Assembly (NCBI GenBank): GCA_012295275.1
Contig: CM022677.1
Span: 3,782,001-3,846,000 of the forward strand
Length of the DNA stretch: 64,000 bases
Direction of reading: 5' to 3'
Origin: Chrysomallon squamiferum
Lineage: Eukaryota; Animalia; Mollusca
A model generated the notes under the pieces. It searched no databases. It saw only the letters and a list, made by a program, of their open reading frames with translations, and was not told the DNA's origin. This document shows, piece by piece, positions 52,592 to 64,000 of the stretch (the first letter of the stretch is position 1; each line of letters starts with the position of its first letter). The position numbers and the translations under genes are program-made.

Positions 52592-52878
52592 AATAAAATA
52601 AATTAAATTAAACAAAAATAATAATAATAATAATAAAAATAATAATAAATAAATAAATAAATAAATAAATGAATGTATAAATAAAAAAATAAAATTAATA
52701 ATAATAATAATAATAATAACAACAACAACAACAACAACAACAACAATAACAATAACAATAACAATAACAACAACTCCGGACTGATCAAACCCGAAGGTAT
52801 TTCCCTTCCTCCCGTACGCCGAGCCGAGTGCGTGCTGAGCGGGGCGAACAGGTAAGGAAATAACAACAATAAAGTTCC

Positions 52879-53526
52879 GTGATCTCAATACAATCCGGAA
52901 GTTCCAGCAGACCAGACCTGCTCAGCAAAATACAACAACTACACGAGGACATACAACACAACAAGAAAGAACAAACCATGGAGTGGCTCCCAGCACACGT
53001 CGGCATCATCGGTAACGAACTTGCCGACCACTGCGCCAAAGAGTCACTCAGCATTAAAGACGAAGACATCTGCACAGACATACATTACGGAATAAACGAA
53101 ATTGCCTCCATCGCTGCCAAACATTACGACAAACAATGGCAAAACGAATGGAACAACACCAAAAACAAATGGCACTTAAACATCAAACCATTCGCCAAAA
53201 CACCCAAAATCACATTCACCAACAAACTACACAACAACAATCTCACCAAAGCCAGAATTGGTTACTCAACCAATCTAAACGCAATTCGATACAAACATAA
53301 CATCACCACATCACCCAACTGCAGTTGTGGACTCTCAGAAACCATGAAACACTACTTGTTTCACTGTCCAAATTTTGCCAAGGAAAGACAAGCACTACGC
53401 AATACACTGGAGGAACTAAAAATCGAGTACACGCTCCAACACATCCTGGCACCAAACATGAAAGACAGACAGTTAGTCCTCGCTGCAGTAACAAATTACA
53501 TTCTCAAAACAAAACGCAAACTTTAA
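52879..53526 (+). CDS. LINE ORF2 C-terminal fragment: RNase H + CCHC zinc knuckle
   Basis: WLPAHVGIIGNELADHCAK (RNase H) and CSCGLSETMKHYLFHC. Confidence 0.88.
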   Translation: MISIQSGSSSRPDLLSKIQQLHEDIQHNKKEQTMEWLPAHVGIIGNELADHCAKESLSIKDEDICTDIHYGINEIASIAAKHYDKQWQNEWNNTKNKWHLNIKPFAKTPKITFTNKLHNNNLTKARIGYSTNLNAIRYKHNITTSPNCSCGLSETMKHYLFHCPNFAKERQALRNTLEELKIEYTLQHILAPNMKDRQLVLAAVTNYILKTKRKL

Positions 53527-54370
53527 ATAATTTTTTTTGACTCGAAAACAAATAACAATTATATAAATCTATTGACTTGCGGACTGATTGAAGAGCTGAT
53601 GGATCTACGGATGGATCGGCTGATTGACGAATCAGTTTGAATGGCGAATTAAATTAATAATTAAAAAATGATAAACATACTATACGAACCCACTTTCAGA
53701 CACTACTAACCCGGCTATGGTGTTTTATTTCAAATTAATTTTTTTTTTTTTACAATTTATTTATTGTTTTTATTTTTTTATTTTCTTTAAATTTAATTGA
53801 ATTTTTTTTCATATAATTTGATTAATTGAAATTTTTTTTTTTTCATATTCTTAGTCCTAGCTGCATGATTTATAACATTTGAAATTAAAATAAAATAAAA
53901 TGTAAATAAGTTAACTACATTTATGTTCTAATTTGTTTTAGTTTCAGGTTTTTATAATATCTTTTAAAACAATAAAAAGACCATTGGAAAAAAAAAAGAA
54001 AAAAAAAGAAAAAAAAAAAAAAAAAAATTTGGACTACGTGGACCAGAAGGAAGCAGCCAAAAAGAAACAACAACAGCAGCCAAGAGCAGAACAACCAGGA
54101 CGGCAAACAACACGGACCCGGTGACGGCTGAGAGATTGTGCCGGAGACCACAGGGGGCGACCACAGGGGTACCGACTCGTCACGATCCGATATGCTGGAC
54201 ATTCCCTTGTGTCCTGCAATCGTGGCGAGAACCAATTCTTTTCCCTACCCAAAACTCTTTTCTGCGACGGACACGCCCGCTGACCTGTCAGAAAGCGTGC
54301 CCGTCGCAGACGTGCTTCACAACAGCTTGCTCTGATTAGCACGTTAATTTTTTTCCTATTCCTATCCTAT
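52879..54370 (+). mobile_element. 5'-truncated non-LTR retrotransposon (I/Nimb-like, RNase H-containing), 3' part
   Basis: ORF2 C-terminus, then a probable 3' UTR ending in a short CCTAT tail at 54355-54370. The 3' boundary is inferred. Confidence 0.7.
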
Positions 54371-55066
54371 CATCATAACACATTTCTGAACAGCAATATT
54401 TAAATCTAATTAATACGCATTGTAAAATTACCCGATTTATACCATCAGCCAGTTTCATTCATCTGCAGTCATAAAGGAAACCAGTTTTCATTTTGTGTCG
54501 TATTTCATCAGTAAAGTTTATATTTTCTATGGAACTATATTAAAAAAAATCTAAAATAAAAAAACTTTCACTGCTAATCAGCTTGGTACGGTGTGACAAC
54601 CTCATTAGTGCCTCTTTGGCAGACTTGTTTTTAATTGTAATTTTGTTTTCTTTGTAGTGAACTATAGAATATTCACTAAATGTTTATTTTTATACGCCCA
54701 TTAAAGCAGAATGTCTGCTTCATTTTATCATTAATATCTTATTATGTTACGAAAATATTTATTTAGCTTCCTTGTATAATCATGTTTATAATTTATATTT
54801 TTACAGTCGTTAACTGTTTACCTAATTAATGACAGAAAATGGTAGTATATACGCAAAAACTAAATAGAGCGTATGCAGATGTACATGGGCTATTAAGATG
54901 CTGTTTTATATAATTAGGGGAAGTTCCGTAATTTAATAAAGTAAGAAACAATGGGGTTTAAGTAACTGCAAATTGGTACTGAAAGCTTCAAAGTAAATTC
55001 AGAAAGGCTATCTGCAGAGCTGTAGCTATTGGTGTATAAGTAGTCACACGCGTTTTGAACGAGATC
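54371..55066. repeat. About 700-bp duplicated segment, copy A (intron 2 of LigB-like gene)
   Basis: Co-linear and highly similar to 61492-62197 from CATCATAACACATTT to GAACGAGATC. Confidence 0.92.
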
Positions 55067-55422
55067 TCTTTGATCAGTGCCCTTCTTGAGAGTCTTTGTC
55101 TGCACAAGACAAAGGAAAACGCAGACAATGGAAATTAAGGTTTAATGTTTTGTATATGTAACATACATCTTGAATGATTGAAGATAGCTAAATCTATTAC
55201 TGTTGAATTTTTCATAGTGTTATTCTGTGGTGCTTACATTTACAAAAACAAAGATAACGTATTTTAATAATTAAAAGATTATTTAGAAAGACCAAGTAAC
55301 CAACTGGGCTGAATTAGTTTTGTATTATCTGTCAACGCTATCTGTTTTGATAACGTATCGTCGAATCATACGATTTAACTATGTAACTACATATTACCCT
55401 TGGGGGTTAATTTGTGTTAACA

Positions 55423-55457
<35 letters not shown>

Positions 55458-55898
55458 TCCATACTGAATTCGTGTTTGTGTTATTGTTCTATTGTGGATA
55501 CAGAATAGTCATTTAATAGTTAATCTGTCTGAGATAATTAACACCTTGTCACGTGATGCTATTATAGTATGCTGCCCTTTCAGGTAGAAATACCACTCAG
55601 ACTAGTCACATGACATATGGCACTACCTAAAATCCTTTAAGTTAGCATCTCAAAAAACTTATCACCCAACTCCTTGTAATGACAAAATTAACTGAGAGTT
55701 TCTGTCAATATTATAAAGAGGATGTACTGTAATTAAGATTGAAAAAGAAGAAATCACAACATAATGAACGTTTGTAATATTATGTAGAATGTTTCAATTT
55801 GACGAAAGTTGTGCATTTTGAATTCCACAAATGTCTAATTTTGAACTGTTGTCATTATGTTTGAATTCAGCTTACACCTGTCTGTGTATCAATTTCAG

Positions 55899-56029
55899 GT
55901 GCTGAGTTATACAGGTATTTGGAAGACGCGCCAGGGCGTGCTGTTGTCATCATCAGCGCTGACCTCGCACACACGCATCTCAGCACTGACCCATACGGCT
56001 ACTCCAACGCATCAGAGCCATTCGACCAT
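55899..56029 (+). CDS. LigB/MEMO-fold (TTE1956-like) protein, exon 3
   Basis: Phase 1-0: AELYRYLEDAPGRAVVIISADLAHTHLSTDPYGYSNASEPFDH; SADLAH matches the family S.D.SH motif. Confidence 0.85.
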
Positions 56030-56381
56030 GTAAGTACAACCAGTCAGTCGTGCTTGAACCTTTTAAAAACACTTTAAAATTCTCCAGAACAGCTGTATCA
56101 AAGCAGATATGTTTTGTAATAGCACCTGAGCATATTTTTATATTTGTGATTAGTAGGTGTTAAACAGGCTTATTTATTTGTTTGAATTAATGAATGCCAC
56201 TGACGTTTGGGAGAATTTCTAAAACTATTTATGTTTAATGTTATGGGTAGGAAAGAACATGCTGTAACTGTTTTGTCTTCAATGTTGAAAGACTTGTGTG
56301 ATTAGTACATAACTGATCACAGTTTGTTTTTGTTTCATTAATACAGCTGTCACATTGGTTCTCATTATTTGAATATTTCAG

Positions 56382-56597
56382 GCTGTTGGTGAGTGGGCAG
56401 CGACTCTGGACGGCATGTTGCTGTTGAACAGAGCGGCTGGACTAGTCGATCGCGCGCTGTCGTGTGGTTACACGGGTCTAGTCATGTTACATGGTCTGTT
56501 AGAAACTGCCGGGCTGTCGTCATGGTTACCAAACGTTTTAGCAAACTATCACCCAAGTTACTACGGTATGATGGTCGAATCATTCGTTCAGAGATGA
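56382..56597 (+). CDS. LigB/MEMO-fold (TTE1956-like) protein, terminal exon 4
   Basis: AVGEWAATLD...ALSCGYTGLVMLHG...HPSYYGMMVESFVQR*. Confidence 0.85.
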   Translation, partial: AVGEWAATLDGMLLLNRAAGLVDRALSCGYTGLVMLHGLLETAGLSSWLPNVLANYHPSYYGMMVESFVQR

Positions 56598-57512
56598 AAA
56601 GAAGAATCAACAAAACATTTCATATGGAAATGAAGAAAAATTATACAACAACAACAACGACAACAACAATAATAATTATAATAATTACCATGATGATGAT
56701 GATAATGACGGTAATAATAAATAATAACAAGAACAACAATGGATATTTAGTTGCGAAGCCGTTGTTATTTTTTTTCGCTACAGACTTCAGTTCCATTTTA
56801 CATGTGTAGTGATCACACTTCTGTACTTGTATACTTCTTTTAACACAACTTGTCTTTGATTTCGTCACTGACTGTGTCTGTAGACGTGTAGGCCTGTTCA
56901 GCTTTGATGCAGGCCTATCACACTTACAGGTAACACAGTGTTTCTCATGCAGCGTTATCTACAACATGTTATTACAGCTTCAATGATGCTGAATTACGAA
57001 AGAAAAATATGAGGCTGAAAAGGAGCTAAAGTAATACGCCATTATTACCTCAGATTTTCTCACTTACAAATCAACTTTGATGTTACTCCAAAGCAACCAT
57101 GTAGTCTTCTATAAATCTGTTTTAAAGAACGTTTTACTAAAACAGTGTATTGATACAAACTACTGTGATGCATCGCTTAACGCTTCATGTACACGCCCTT
57201 TGCCCATAAAAATAACAAGAAAATAATGGTAATAATGATGCTGCAGCTGCTTCTGCTGATGATGATGACAATGACAAACGAATACATAAAAGAAGAAGGA
57301 ACAAAAACAACATCAACAACAAATTAACTATTGGGACAATTCAGAAAACCAACTCTTATACATTAACAAGGCGATAATATAGATTTTTAATTCCTATCGA
57401 TTATCATTATAGAAATAAATTACTATTTCCTTCAGATGTATTGTTGCTCTTTAAGGAAAAACACAGAAGGGCAGGTAAATCATACGATTTAAGAACGAAA
57501 TAGAAAGTCGAG

Positions 57513-57967
57513 ATGTGTTTTGCAATTCTGATTGTGTTTTTCACATCACTTGATTTATCTTTCTCCAAACTACTGGCCGGGTTCGTTCTGCCGCACGGCG
57601 GAATTGCTCTGGATCCGAAACATTTCAATACAACCAACCACACAGCAAAACAAGAAGCGTGGAAAATTCACGAAGCCTGCAAATCAGTCGGTCAGACGAT
57701 TCTGTCTTTATCGCCCGACATACTTTTTCTGAGCACGCCCCATGGTATTTCTGACTTAAATAACTTTGTGTTCTATTTAAATCCCACAGAAGAAGGCTTT
57801 GCAGATACTGATAATTGCAACTGTCCTCCTTGTTCTTATAAAGTAACCGCTAATCTTTCTAGCCAACTTTCGGAAGACATCCTAAATACATTTGTCTCTG
57901 CTCGGAATATTTCGGGATTAAGCGGTTATTATCCACCCGGTAAAAGCGATGAAGCATTTCCATTGAG
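57513..57967 (+). CDS. LigB/MEMO-fold (class III extradiol dioxygenase-like, TTE1956-like) protein, exon 1 with signal peptide
   Basis: Hydrophobic N-terminus MCFAILIVFFTSLDLSFS; motifs FVLPHG and PDILFLSTPHG; ends FPLR AG|GTGAG. Confidence 0.85.
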
Positions 57968-58329
57968 GTGAGAAATAGCATTCATGTAAAAATTAGCATA
58001 AACACTTCTTTTTAAAATTAGCATAGACTAATAATACTGACAGCAAGAAAACATTATCGTATAAAAATATAGTTATTGATACACCAACTTCTGTTTTCGT
58101 TTAATGCAAAGTCTCACAAAAGACTGAGGACCCACAAGATACCGTTTTCGAAATGTACAGTACATCAAAATTATACATTTATTTCCAATCCTATTGATAA
58201 TATATTATACAGAAATGTTTCTATATATTTTATCCCAAAACTGACATTATTTATAAATACTCTTGTAAAGTAGAGTCATACAATTTTTTCTTTTAAATTT
58301 CATTTTCTTGTATTCATTTTGTAAAATAT

Positions 58330-58388
<59 letters not shown>

Positions 58389-58404
58389 TGTGGCACATAT
58401 TAAG

Positions 58405-60690
58405 ATGAGGAGAAGTGATACCACTTCATTTGATACCAGATCTGGTAAACACAATTGTTGTAATTCTCTCGCAGCGAAACAAAAATCAATGTAGGTCAGA
58501 ATGTAAGTTAGTACATTAACAAATATCTAAGTAAGAAATTAAGTAAGTTCATAAATAATGACATAAGTTACCCTTTGCTTACTGAGAAAGAAAATGGAGA
58601 ATACTAACTGACTGAAGAAAAAATAAATAAAAGTTATACGAGTTGTGTTCACTGGTAAATTTAGAGTGGCTTCCCTTACGTGAGATGTGTTCACTGGTAT
58701 ATTTAGAGTGGCTTCCCTTACGTGAGATGTGTTCACTGCTATATTTAGAGTGGCCTTCTTTATGTGACATGTGTTCACTGCTTTTTAGAGTGGCCTCCCT
58801 TATGTGAGATGTGTTCATTGCTTTTTAGATTTGCCTCCCTTATGTGAGATGTGTTCACTGGTATATTTAGAGTGGCTACCCTTGTGTGAGATGTGTTCAC
58901 TAGTATATATAGAGTGCCGACCCTTATCCGAGATTTGTTCACTAGTATAGTTACAATAGCCTACCTCATGCGACATGTGTTCACTGGAATTAAGAAAATA
59001 ACAAAGAAAATTCGATTACAAAAGCATAAATAAACAGTCAGTGAGAGCAGAGTGTATGAACTGATTAAAAATATACGAGAAATAATAAATAAATATAATA
59101 TGTAAAATAAAGAAGGATGGAGAGAATGAAAGATAGGAAATAGATAGAAAAGATGGAAAGAAAAGAAAGAAGTAAAGATAGAAAGGAATAAGAACGAAGG
59201 AAAGAAAGAAAAGAAAGAAAACATTGAAGCAGGTTAGCGAATGAAGAAAACGGAAGAATGAATAAAGATTAAAATAATTAGCTAAACAAATCGAAGTCTG
59301 GTACTTTTTAAACATAGCAATCTGTTCAGCTGTTATTCCAAATAAAATTTAAAATCATATGTAGTCTGTATTGATTAGCAGGTTAACAATTTCCATACTG
59401 AATTTCTTCATTTGATTACAGAGAAAGAAAATAGGGAATATTAATAGACTGAAGAAAAAGTAAAAAAGTAAAAGTTTATGCGACATGTGTTCACTGTTAT
59501 ATTTAGAGTGGCCTTCTTTATGTGACATCTGTTCACTGGTATATTTAGAGTGCCCTCCCTTATGCGAGATGTGTTCACTAGTATAGTTACAATAGCCTAC
59601 CTTATGCCACATGTGTTCAGTGGTATTAAGAAAATAAGAAAGAAAATTCGATTACAAAAGCATAAATAAACAGTCAGTGAGAGCAGAGTGTATGAACTGA
59701 TTAAAAATATACTAGAAATAATAAATAAATGTAATATGTAAAATAAAGAAGGATGGAAAGAATGAAAGATAGGAAATAGATAGAAAAGATGGAAAGAAAA
59801 GAAAGAAGTAAAGATAGAAAGAAATAAGAACGAAGGAAAGAACGAAAAGAAAGAAGACATTGAAGTAGGTTAGCGAATGAAGAAAACGGAAGAATGAATA
59901 GAGATTGAAATAATTAACTCAACAAATCGAAGTCTGGTACTTTTTAAACACAGCAATCTGTTCAGCTTTTATTCGAAACAAAATTTAAAATCATATGTAG
60001 ACTGTATTGATTAGCAGGTTAACAATTTCCATACTGAATTTCTTCATTTGATTACAGAGAAAGAAAATAGGGAATATTAACAGACTGAAGAAAAAGAAAA
60101 AAGGAAAAGTTTATGCGACATGTGTTCACTGTTATATTTAGAGTGGCCTCCCTTATGTGAGATGTGTTCACTGGTTTTTAGATTGGCCTCCCTTATGTGA
60201 GATCTGTTCACTGGTATATTTAGAGTGCCCTCCCTTATGTGAGATGTGTTCACTAGTATAGTTACAATAGCCTACGTCATGCGAGATGTGTTCACTGGAA
60301 TTAAGAAAATAACAGAAAATTCGATTACAAAAGCATAAATAAACAGTCAGTGAGAGCAGACTGTATGAACTGATTAAAAATGTATGATAAATAAATAATA
60401 AATAAATCATAATATGAAAAAAAAAGAATGATGGAAAGAATGAAAGAAAGGAAACAAAAGATAGAAAATATGGAAAGAAAGAAAGAAAGAAAGAAAGGTG
60501 GAAAAGAAAGAACGAAGGAAAGAAAGAAAAGAAAGAAAACATTGAAGCAGGCGAGCGAATTAACAAAACGGAAGAATGAATAAAGATAGAAATAACTAAT
60601 AAAAGATATCCAAACCTGGTACTGTTTAAACGCAGCCCAGCAGACGATATACACATGATGTTGCCATGATACCAGAACTTCTCCATTTAG
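58405..60690 (+). pseudogene. LigB-like gene exon 2, nonsense codon and split by insertion (58405-58475 + 60637-60690)
   Basis: R*GEVIPLHLIPDLVNTIVVILSQ joins PSRRYTHDVAMIPELLHLG|gt when 58476-60636 is removed; the end phase matches exon 3. TGA stands where Trp is expected. Confidence 0.85.
58476..60630. mobile_element. Trimeric insertion of 640-840-bp units, each with a 40/42-bp minisatellite and a GA-rich tract
   Basis: Units end at 59318, 59954 and 60636; core GTGTTCACTGGTATATTTAGAGTGGCTTCCCTTACGTGAGAT; CGCAGC at both junctions. Confidence 0.75.
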
Positions 60691-61491
60691 GTATTTCACT
60701 GTTTGTCTGTATGTCTGTAAAAATTACATACGATTTGTAAACATTAGTTTATTGGTTATGTAAAATGCCCTCGTCGCAGATTTCAGCTTCCTTTTCTTTT
60801 CTTTTTTTGTGATTTTATCAATATTTTGAAACAACATTTGGACACCAAATGGATTATCGAAACGAGTTAAATCGAACAAACAAACAACAACAAAGATAAT
60901 AAATAATAATAAGGAACAAATTAAAATAAATAAATAAATAAAAATAAAAATCTGGAATGACATCATTTTACAGGAAGATGTTATTAGAATGTATTTTCTT
61001 GAAGAGATAAAGTAGATGGTTATTAATAATAAAAAGTATTTATGTGCTGGCATGTCTTTACGGACGAGTATGGTAAGGAGTTGTCTATTCTTGTTTTGAT
61101 AGGATGTAATGTGCAATTAACCTGTGTCAGTCACAAATTTAAGGTTCTAATCTGTCCTCCGTGCAGATTCTTATTTAGTCTTGGTTCCCTTTATAACCTT
61201 AGTCGTATCATTAATCAAAATTACTGAAACGTGTGTTTTATGATTGTATAAAGTATTATTATCAAGTCACCTGTATATCATAATTAAATAATTAATGTAA
61301 ACGTTAACTTGTATAGTGGATAGGTAGACTTACTGATTTATATAGTTTGCTGTCATTTTAGCGTTTATATTCCTTGTTAGGTGGCCATTAAAGCACCTTG
61401 TTACCCTACACTGAGCCTTAATAAAACATCCAAGGTGTTTAAAGGTGTGAGTCACGTGACAGTCGTCTCTTTATAACACTCCACAGTGAAC

Positions 61492-62197
61492 CATCATAAC
61501 ACATTTGTGAACAGCAGTATTTAAACATACTCTAATTAATATGCATTGTAAAATTACCCGATTTATACCATCAGCCAGTTTCATTCATCTGCAGTCATAA
61601 AGCAAACCAGTTTTCATTTTGGGTCGTATTTCATCAGTAAAGTTTGTATTTTCTATGCAGCTATATTTAAAAAAAACTAAAATAAAAAAAACTTTCACTG
61701 CTATTCAGCTTGGTACGGTGTGAGAACCTGATTAGTGCCTCTTTGCCAGACTTGCTTTTTATTTGTAATTTTGTTTTCTTTGAAGTGAATTATAGAATAT
61801 TTACTAAATCTTTATTTTTATATGCCCCTTAAAGCAGAATTTCTGCTACATTTTATCTTAAATATCTTATTATATTATGATAATATTTATTTAGCTATCT
61901 TGTATAATCATTTTTATAATTTATATTTTTACAGTCCTTAATTCTTTACGTAATTAATGACAGAAAATAGGGTTAAATACACAGAAACTAAATAGCAGAG
62001 CGTATGCAGATGTACATGGGCTATTAGGAAGCTGTTTTATATAATTAGGGGAAGTTCCGTTATTTAATAAACTAAGAAACACTGGGGTTTAAGTAACTGA
62101 AAATTGGTATTAAAAGCTTCAAAGTAAATTCAGAAAGGCTATCTGCAGAGCTGTAGCTACTGGTGTATAAGTAGCGGCACGCGTTTTGAACGAGATC
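61492..62197. repeat. About 700-bp duplicated segment, copy B
   Basis: Matches 54371-55066. Confidence 0.92.
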
Positions 62198-63352
62198 GAA
62201 TATCTCACAACAGACTCTCCACCGTGATGGTCGACATGGTGCAAGCCCGGAAGAGAAGCTGTGAAGAATACTAACGGACGGATTGTGCTTACTAAGCGGA
62301 ATTCAGAAACGAAAAAGATACTGTACCATTTTCTTTATTTATTTAGACTGAAATTCTTATTTATATTATTTGTAGGCTTTTGTATTATTGTTACTTTTAT
62401 TACTTTTTTTTTTTTTTTTTTTTTACTGTTTGTTCGTCTTTTGTCTTTTACTTTCCGGTATCTTAAATAACCGATATATCTTATCTTTATCTCGATCTGA
62501 AAGTGAGTTGCGTTAGCTTTAGTCTTTTTTTTGAATTAATATAGAATTGTCTATATATTTAAAAAATCCAAGTATATTTTAAAAAACCAAAGAAACAATA
62601 ACAACAAAACAACAACAACCCACACATTTACACAACAAACATGACAACAAAAAACATGAACCCTAGCTCCGTCGAAAAAACACACAACAGAAAAAAAAAC
62701 AAAAAGAACCAAAAAAAAATCGACAGAAATCTACTCATTTTGGCAAGGAAGAACAAAAACGTAACAGACACGGAAGACACGAAAGACGAAACAAAACGCT
62801 TGGAAAATAATTAAAAGAAACAAAACAAAACATACCCACAGCCGAACCATCATTGCAATACACAGAAAAAACCACTCAAACATCGACAAAAAGTTGCGCT
62901 ACTTACTAGAAGCACAAATACACATTACTGATAAAACAACAAAAGTGAACAATAATCAAAACGGAAAAGAAATCTACTTCGAAGTAGATACAAAAACACT
63001 AAAAACAATCGGTCCCAACATTACCATCTGGGACGAAACATTTGTTGTCAGGGTTTTACCAAAAATAATCCCTGACACAAAACAGACACAGAAAAAAACA
63101 CCCACACCACAACCCAGAAAAACACTGCTCACACAACAGCAGCCAAAACAACTACCAATTACGAAACAACAACAACTTCAACCTAAACAAACAACAAAAG
63201 CAAAAGATACAACAATATATAAATACATTTCAAAAGATTTGGGTTTTTATTACCCCTATCCAAACCAAACTAGATTTCTTTGAAATGTTCAACAAAGAAC
63301 TAGTACAACAAACAAATTCAACACTAGTCGGTGTGGAAATGTGGAAAAAGCC
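62198..63352 (+). mobile_element. Probable 5' end (UTR + disrupted ORF1-like region) of a LINE
   Basis: Begins exactly where similarity to copy A stops. A/C-rich, Lys/Thr/Gln-rich broken ORFs at 62641-63352 share the strand bias of the LINE ORF at 52879. No diagnostic motif seen. Confidence 0.45.
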
Positions 63353-63552
63353 NNNNNNNNNNNNNNNNNNNNNNNNNNNNNNNNNNNNNNNNNNNNNNNN
63401 NNNNNNNNNNNNNNNNNNNNNNNNNNNNNNNNNNNNNNNNNNNNNNNNNNNNNNNNNNNNNNNNNNNNNNNNNNNNNNNNNNNNNNNNNNNNNNNNNNNN
63501 NNNNNNNNNNNNNNNNNNNNNNNNNNNNNNNNNNNNNNNNNNNNNNNNNNNN
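63353..63552. other. Assembly gap (200 N)
   Basis: Run of N. Confidence 1.
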
Positions 63553-64000
63553 TAAGCATTTTTGTTTCTTTCTTTTTCGTCTAAAGTTTTTAACATGCTA
63601 AGATAATGTGTTACATATAGAAGAACAGATACTGGAAACTCGAATAACTTTCTCGCTCACGAATTTACAATAACTTTGAGATACCCAATTCACACGAAAG
63701 GAAGTTGAATTAAAAATGTTGTCTGTAATAATTATACTGTTTGTCATAGATATGTAAGTTTGTCGAGCTTAAATAAGTGTTATTATTTGACACTCGTAAC
63801 TGTTTAGTAGTAGCACAACTACCTGCCAGCAATAACTGATATTTTCCTAAATTTAATAGTGTGTTTTGTGTTCTCTCGCTAGAGTGACAGAACGGTTGGC
63901 GTCTCCAGTTTTAATTCCCCCACTGCAGACACAACAGCGATATTCAGGAACACATTCTTACTTTAGAGGAGAAACTGTTTTAATCATTAAACTTTGATAA

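Noticed and set aside
58640-60300. CRISPR-like appearance of recurring GTGTTCACT repeats
   Set aside because: Intervening sequences are near-identical rather than unique spacers, there are no cas genes, and the context is eukaryotic.
63285-63601. ORFs spanning N runs (also 33816-34332)
   Set aside because: Artefacts of assembly gaps, apart from the SEA exon at 34035-34098.

Overview
AT-rich, microsatellite-dense animal genomic DNA with GT-AG introns and two 200-N gaps. It is probably an invertebrate such as a mollusc, which is an inference only. There are no prokaryotic operons, CRISPR arrays, rRNA or tRNA genes. (1) A + strand multi-exon mucin-like/MUC4-SUSD2-type extracellular protein gene (10300-34098, runs into a gap) has the order tandem EGF exons, NIDO, AMOP, VWD, EGF, SEA. 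Its EGF array is recently duplicated and includes dead or frameshifted exons. (2) A disrupted TOPORS/ICP0-type RING-HC gene lies at 39367-40067. (3) Mobile DNA comprises two defective hAT transposons with TIRs, two TTAA-flanked Kolobok-like non-autonomous elements (one carrying a nested pogo/Tigger-like MITE), the 3' part of an RNase H-bearing LINE, and a probable LINE 5' end. (4) A signal-peptide-bearing LigB/MEMO-fold (TTE1956-like) gene appears in permuted order, with exons 3-4 before exons 1-2. Its exon 2 has a nonsense codon and is split by a 2.15-kb trimeric satellite-like insertion. All exon boundaries were read by eye and no database searches were run.
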